IMG/VR virus record: IMGVR_UViG_3300048833_000402
Coordinates: 1-60,351 of that record
DNA from: a virus
Taxonomy: Duplodnaviria > Caudoviricetes
Direction: 5' to 3' (one strand)
DNA length: 60,351 nucleotides
Below are positions 56,448 to 60,351 of the stretch, one piece after another. Each line of letters starts with the position of its first letter. Positions within the stretch are counted from its first letter, which is position 1. The notes below the pieces were generated by a model. It saw only the letters and a list, made by a program, of their open reading frames with translations. It had not been told where the DNA came from and did not search any database. The translations under genes were made by a program, and so were the position numbers.

Positions 56448-58373
56448 ATGTCCGACACCACGACCCATCTGGGCCTGCCCTACCTCTTGGCGGCGCAGGC
56501 GCAGAAGCATGTCACCCACAACGAGGCCCTACGCCTGCTCGACGCCATGGTGCAACTGTCCGTCCTCGACCGGACGCGCACTGCACCGCCAGCGAGCCCG
56601 GCGGATGGGAACAGGCATCTGGTCGCTTCGGGCGCGACCGGCCTGTGGGCCGGGTGGGACCTGAACATCGCCTTCTGGGTTGATGGCGCATGGATCCGCC
56701 TCGTGCCGCGTACCGGCTGGCTGGTCTGGGTCGCGGCCGAGGGGCTGTTCCTCGTCTGGACCGGCAGCGCCTGGGAGGTGGTGGGCGAGCCCCGGGACGT
56801 CTCGGACACCGTCTTCAGCCTCGTCAACGATGCGGACCCCACGAGGAAGGCCACCTTCTCGCTAGCAGGGATCAGCACGGGCACCACGCGCAGTTACACG
56901 CTGCCGAACACTTCGTCAGAACTGGCGATCCTGGCGGGCACGCAGACCTTCTCCGGCAACAAGACCTTTTCCGGCACGCTGACGGCCTCGGGCACCGTCA
57001 CCGTCTCCGCAGCCTCGGCGAGCATCGGCACGGCCACGACGACCGCGAACTACGGAATGGGCACAGGGGCAACGACGACGGGCGTCACCAAGACCGTGAA
57101 CATCGGCACCGGCGGCGCGTCCGGATCGACGACAGTCGTGAACATCGGCTCGGCCACCGCTGGCGCGGGCGGCACGACGGTGGTGAACACGCCGACCGTC
57201 ACCTTCGCCAATACCGTGACGCAGGTCGGCATGCCGCAAGCGAACCTGACTGCCCAGCTCTTGGGTCTCGGCGGGGCGACGGCCGACAGCTACAATCGGC
57301 TTTCGGTGAACACACCGGCCGTGCTGCTGAACAATGCAGGTGCGGGGATCGAAGCCACCGTGAACAAGGCCGCGGCCGGGAACGACGCCGCCTTTGCCTT
57401 CAAGACCGGCTTCTCCGCCCGCGCCCTGATCGGCCTCTTGGGCAACGACGACTTCAGCTTCAAGGTCAGCCCGGATGGGTCGGCCTTCTTTGAGGCGATC
57501 CGGATCGACCGCACCAGCGGCCGCGTCGAGCTGGCAGAGCCGGTGGTCCTGCCCGCCCATGACGCCGTCCCTTCGCCGCCTCCCGCGGGCAAGCTCGCGC
57601 TCTATGCCCGTGACCGGGCGGGGATGGGATGGCTCGATGTCGAACGCCCCTCGGGCCGCCATTTCCCGCTCCAGCCGCATTTCGGGGTGAACCGGATCGC
57701 GACCTGGGCGCCCTCGACCAGCACGACGATCAACACCAACGGCATGCCGCGCACGGCCGTAGGCACAGCGGCGACGCCGACGCTCGCCACAACCAACCTC
57801 TCCACCTCCATGCGGCGCTGGCGGATGACCTCGGCGGCCACGACCGGAGCAGCGGCCGAGGAGCGATCCGCGGGCTGGGTCTGCTGGCGCGGCAATGCCG
57901 AGGGTCTGGGCGGCTTCACCTATGTGAACCGGCTGTCGCTGGTCACGCTGCAGGCGACCGGCATGGGGTTCTTCGGCCTGATCGGATCGGTCGCGGCGCT
58001 GTCGACCACTCTGACGCTCTCGGCCGTCGTCAACGCGCTGGGCATCGGGTTCGAGCGTGGCACCCATGACAACTGGCAGATCGTCCACAACGACGGCACG
58101 GGCGCGCCGACCGTGATCGACCTTGGCGCGGGCTTCCCGGTAGCCAGCACGACCAATGTCCTGACGCTCTACATCGCGGCGGCTCCGAACGACAGCGCGG
58201 TCGGGATCCGCGTAGTCGAGGAAGTCTCGGGCGCCGTCGCCGAGGCCACGATCACAACAGACATGCCCGCGGCGACCCAGCTTCTGAGCCCCCGCAACTA
58301 CCTCAACAACGGCACCACGGCTGCGGCCGTCGCCTACGACTGCTCGGGTGTCTACGTCGAGACCGATTACTGA
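56448..58373 (+). CDS. Tail fibre / receptor-binding protein, DUF2793 family
   Basis: Homologue of 5788-7710 with a more diverged C-terminal part. Confidence 0.88.
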   Translation: MSDTTTHLGLPYLLAAQAQKHVTHNEALRLLDAMVQLSVLDRTRTAPPASPADGNRHLVASGATGLWAGWDLNIAFWVDGAWIRLVPRTGWLVWVAAEGLFLVWTGSAWEVVGEPRDVSDTVFSLVNDADPTRKATFSLAGISTGTTRSYTLPNTSSELAILAGTQTFSGNKTFSGTLTASGTVTVSAASASIGTATTTANYGMGTGATTTGVTKTVNIGTGGASGSTTVVNIGSATAGAGGTTVVNTPTVTFANTVTQVGMPQANLTAQLLGLGGATADSYNRLSVNTPAVLLNNAGAGIEATVNKAAAGNDAAFAFKTGFSARALIGLLGNDDFSFKVSPDGSAFFEAIRIDRTSGRVELAEPVVLPAHDAVPSPPPAGKLALYARDRAGMGWLDVERPSGRHFPLQPHFGVNRIATWAPSTSTTINTNGMPRTAVGTAATPTLATTNLSTSMRRWRMTSAATTGAAAEERSAGWVCWRGNAEGLGGFTYVNRLSLVTLQATGMGFFGLIGSVAALSTTLTLSAVVNALGIGFERGTHDNWQIVHNDGTGAPTVIDLGAGFPVASTTNVLTLYIAAAPNDSAVGIRVVEEVSGAVAEATITTDMPAATQLLSPRNYLNNGTTAAAVAYDCSGVYVETDY

Positions 58374-58406
58374 CCGGCCGCAGCCCGCGGCAATGAAAGG
58401 ACCATC

Positions 58407-58715
58407 ATGAACGACCAGACCAATCTCGCCGGGGAGGTCGCACGGGCCTTTCGGGACCACGGGATCACCGCCGCGCTGACCGCCCTCATCGGCGGCACCA
58501 TGGCCCTGATCGCGGCGATCACCCGCAAGGCCTTCACCAACGAGGCCCTGCTGGATCGTCTCGACCGGGAGCTCATCGCCGACCGCGACCGGATCGACCG
58601 CCAGCGCAGCGAGGATCGCAAGGCCGATGGCGACCGCCTCGACCGGATCGAGACCGACATCCGCTCGATGCGCGACATGCTCTTCGATGCCTTCCAGCGC
58701 GGCCGATCCGACTGA
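58407..58715 (+). CDS. Small single-TM phage protein, holin-like
   Basis: Homologue of 7744-8052. Confidence 0.6.
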   Translation: MNDQTNLAGEVARAFRDHGITAALTALIGGTMALIAAITRKAFTNEALLDRLDRELIADRDRIDRQRSEDRKADGDRLDRIETDIRSMRDMLFDAFQRGRSD

Positions 58716-58752
58716 CTCATCCGAACCTCGCCAACCGACCCCCGACCCCCGA

Positions 58753-58774
58753 CCCGCCCCAGAGGCGGGTTTTT
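58753..58774 (+). terminator. Intrinsic terminator-like hairpin upstream of the endolysin
   Basis: CCCGCC-ccaga-GGCGGG-TTTTT. Confidence 0.7.
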
Positions 58775-58791
58775 CATTTGGAGGATCCACC

Positions 58792-59466
58792 ATGCCCACC
58801 CTGACCTACCCCCACTGGCGCGACGTGCCCGCGAATACTTGGCGCTGGCCAGACTTCTCGGCCGCCGAGATCGCCTGCCGCGGCACCGGCGCGATCAAGA
58901 TCAACCCGGAGGCTATGGACAAACTGCAGGCCCTGCGCGACCGGCTGGGCAAGCCGCTGATCGTGCGCTCGGCCTACCGCAGCCCGGAACACAACCGCGC
59001 TGTTGGTGGCGCCCCGGCGTCCAAGCACATGCAGGGCACCGCCTTCGACATTGCCATGGCAAACCATGATCCGGTTGCCTTCGAGGCGGCGGCACGGGCG
59101 GTCGGGTTCCTGGGGTTCGGGTACTATCCCCGCTCCGGTTTCATGCACATCGACCTCGGGCCTGCCCGCTCCTGGGGCGATCCCTTCCCGGTGCGCGCGG
59201 TGCCCTTTGCCCCGGAACTGCCGCCCGCGCGCGAAGTCCTGTCGGAAAGCCGGACCCTGCGCGGTGGCGGGGCGGCCGGTGCCGCCACCGTCGGCGCGGC
59301 CGGGGTGGAGGTGCTGCAAGACGTCCTCGCCGAGACCCGGTCCACCATCCAGCCGCTGGTGCCCTACCTCGACACCCTGCGCTGGGTGCTGGTCGCCATC
59401 GCGCTGATCGGCATCGCCGTCACGATCCACGCGCGGCTGGACGACTGGAAGCGGGGCCAGCGGTGA
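58792..59466 (+). CDS. Endolysin, peptidase M15/YcbK family, with C-terminal membrane segments
   Basis: Homologue of 8120-8794. Confidence 0.85.
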   Translation: MPTLTYPHWRDVPANTWRWPDFSAAEIACRGTGAIKINPEAMDKLQALRDRLGKPLIVRSAYRSPEHNRAVGGAPASKHMQGTAFDIAMANHDPVAFEAAARAVGFLGFGYYPRSGFMHIDLGPARSWGDPFPVRAVPFAPELPPAREVLSESRTLRGGGAAGAATVGAAGVEVLQDVLAETRSTIQPLVPYLDTLRWVLVAIALIGIAVTIHARLDDWKRGQR

Positions 59467-59708
59467 TCGGCTGGCTCCTCACACATGGCCCGGCGCGAAA
59501 GGCGCTGGGCCTGGCCCTCACAGCAGCAGCAATCCTGCTGTTCCTGCTGAACCTGCGCCGTGCCGGTGAACGCGCCGGGCGCGCGGCCGAACGGCTTGAT
59601 GCCCGAGAGAGAAACGATGCCATGCACCGCCAGATGCTCGACGCCGCCGCCCGCCGCCCTCCTGATCGCGATGCTCTGGCTAACCGGCTGCGCGATGGCA
59701 GGTTCTGA
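59463..59708 (+). CDS. Putative inner-membrane spanin (Rz-like)
   Basis: N-terminal TM segment plus coiled coil; GTGA overlap with the endolysin. Confidence 0.6.
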   Translation: MIGWLLTHGPARKALGLALTAAAILLFLLNLRRAGERAGRAAERLDARERNDAMHRQMLDAAARRPPDRDALANRLRDGRF

Positions 59709-59862
59709 CGCCCGCGCGCCCTGCCCGCCCGTCGTCGACTACACCGCTGCCGATCAGGCGCGGGCCGCCGATGAGGTCGAGGCGCTGCCCGAAGGGGCCG
59801 TCGTCGTCCGGATGCTCAGCGACTACGCCGTGTTGCGGGATCAAGCGCGCGCGTGCCGGTGA
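59617..59862 (+). CDS. Putative lipoprotein spanin (Rz1-like)
   Basis: Lipobox LWLTG-C; overlapping reading frame. Confidence 0.65.
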   Translation: MPCTARCSTPPPAALLIAMLWLTGCAMAGSDARAPCPPVVDYTAADQARAADEVEALPEGAVVVRMLSDYAVLRDQARACR

Positions 59863-59955
59863 AATCTGTTTCAGGCAGCTGAGTGAATGCTACTCCGTCT
59901 GCCTCAGAGGATTCGGGTTCCGGTGGAACGAGAAATTTAGTGGCTTCGCTATGAT

Positions 59956-59992
59956 AAACGGGCGCATTCACCTTCGGCGGCGAATGCGCCCG
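59956..59992 (-). terminator. Hairpin terminator for leftward transcription
   Basis: Minus strand CGGGCGCATTCGCC-gccgaa-GGTGAATGCGCCCG-TTT. Confidence 0.6.
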
Positions 59993-60176
59993 CTTGTTTC
60001 AATGGCCGGACACCGACCATTGGGCCGGTGAAAACTCAAACCAGCCTGGCGGGCTCCGAGCGGGTTCGCCGCCATTCCCGCCGCCGCACTTGATCCGGCC
60101 CTCTGTCCGGCGTCTCCTGCGGTCCCCGCGCTTTCGGGTCCGGGTCCCCATCGTCGAAAGAAGTACAGTTGCCGAA

Positions 60177-60351
60177 CTACTCGGTCTCGCTCCTCCTCGC
60201 TTCCGTCGTAGACGCAGGCTGCAAGAGGCCCGCCACGATCTGGCGAAACTCGCCGAGGATTTCACCGTGGTTCTTGTCGAGGTAGCGGGCGAGACGGTCA
60301 TTCTGCAAAAGCCGCTCGACATAGCGACCGGCCACCACCAGCCGGAGGTGA
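60177..60351 (-). CDS. 3' end of a ParB/RepB C-terminal-domain protein (partial; not in the ORF track)
   Basis: Manual translation HLRLVVAGRYVERLLQNDRLARYLDKNHGEILGEFRQIV...* fits the RepB_C pattern L.LVVA..Y...LL.N..V.RYL...H.EIL.EF. Confidence 0.65.
   Translation of the reverse strand, partial: HLRLVVAGRYVERLLQNDRLARYLDKNHGEILGEFRQIVAGLLQPASTTEARRSETE

Larger units (their letters stand above)
13260..60351 (+). mobile_element. Prophage 2 (lambda-type head, RcGTA-like tail) with defence cargo; right boundary lies beyond the window
   Basis: att core, integrase, replication initiator, cos, terminase, portal, capsid, tail and lysis genes in lambdoid order. Confidence 0.9.

Noticed and set aside
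56448-58373. Diversity-generating retroelement or invertible tail-fibre cassette
   Set aside because: No reverse transcriptase or invertase, no adenine-specific TR/VR pair and no flanking inverted sites were seen
50468-59862. Assembly artefact or recent exact duplication of 1-9190
   Set aside because: The copies differ by frequent synonymous changes, amino-acid substitutions and intergenic indels throughout
59999-60322. 107-aa minus-strand ORF from the track
   Set aside because: Low-complexity product; a different minus frame gives the RepB_C-like C-terminus ending at 60177

Overview
GC-rich alphaproteobacterial (Rhodobacteraceae-like) DNA containing two related temperate prophages in tandem. 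They meet at a duplicated 3' half of an initiator tRNA-Met gene (att core, 13213-13259). 1-9190 is the right end of prophage 1 (RcGTA-like baseplate/tail genes, tail fibre, lysis cassette), followed by a Gabija-like OLD nuclease + UvrD helicase pair. 13260-60351 is a nearly complete prophage 2. In order it carries: a DUF262-HEPN-C5 methyltransferase cassette; a tyrosine integrase; a minimal early/replication module with iterons; a 7-gene defence island (Dcm, Vsr, MORC/GHKL ATPase, HNH, SNF2, a stand-alone EcoRII-N reader, and a convergent AIPR gene); a lambda-like cos site; an HTH-less WYL gene; two ParB-MTases; morons; lambda-type head genes; a -1 frameshifting tail chaperone; a tape measure gene; and the same GTA-like tail and lysis genes as prophage 1. 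The window ends in the 3' end of a RepB_C-type gene. The best candidate for an undescribed system is the 'deconstructed EcoRII' operon at 22083-30623, whose EcoRII-N and AIPR proteins end in a similar C-terminal peptide. All family assignments come from motifs recognised by eye; no database searches were run.
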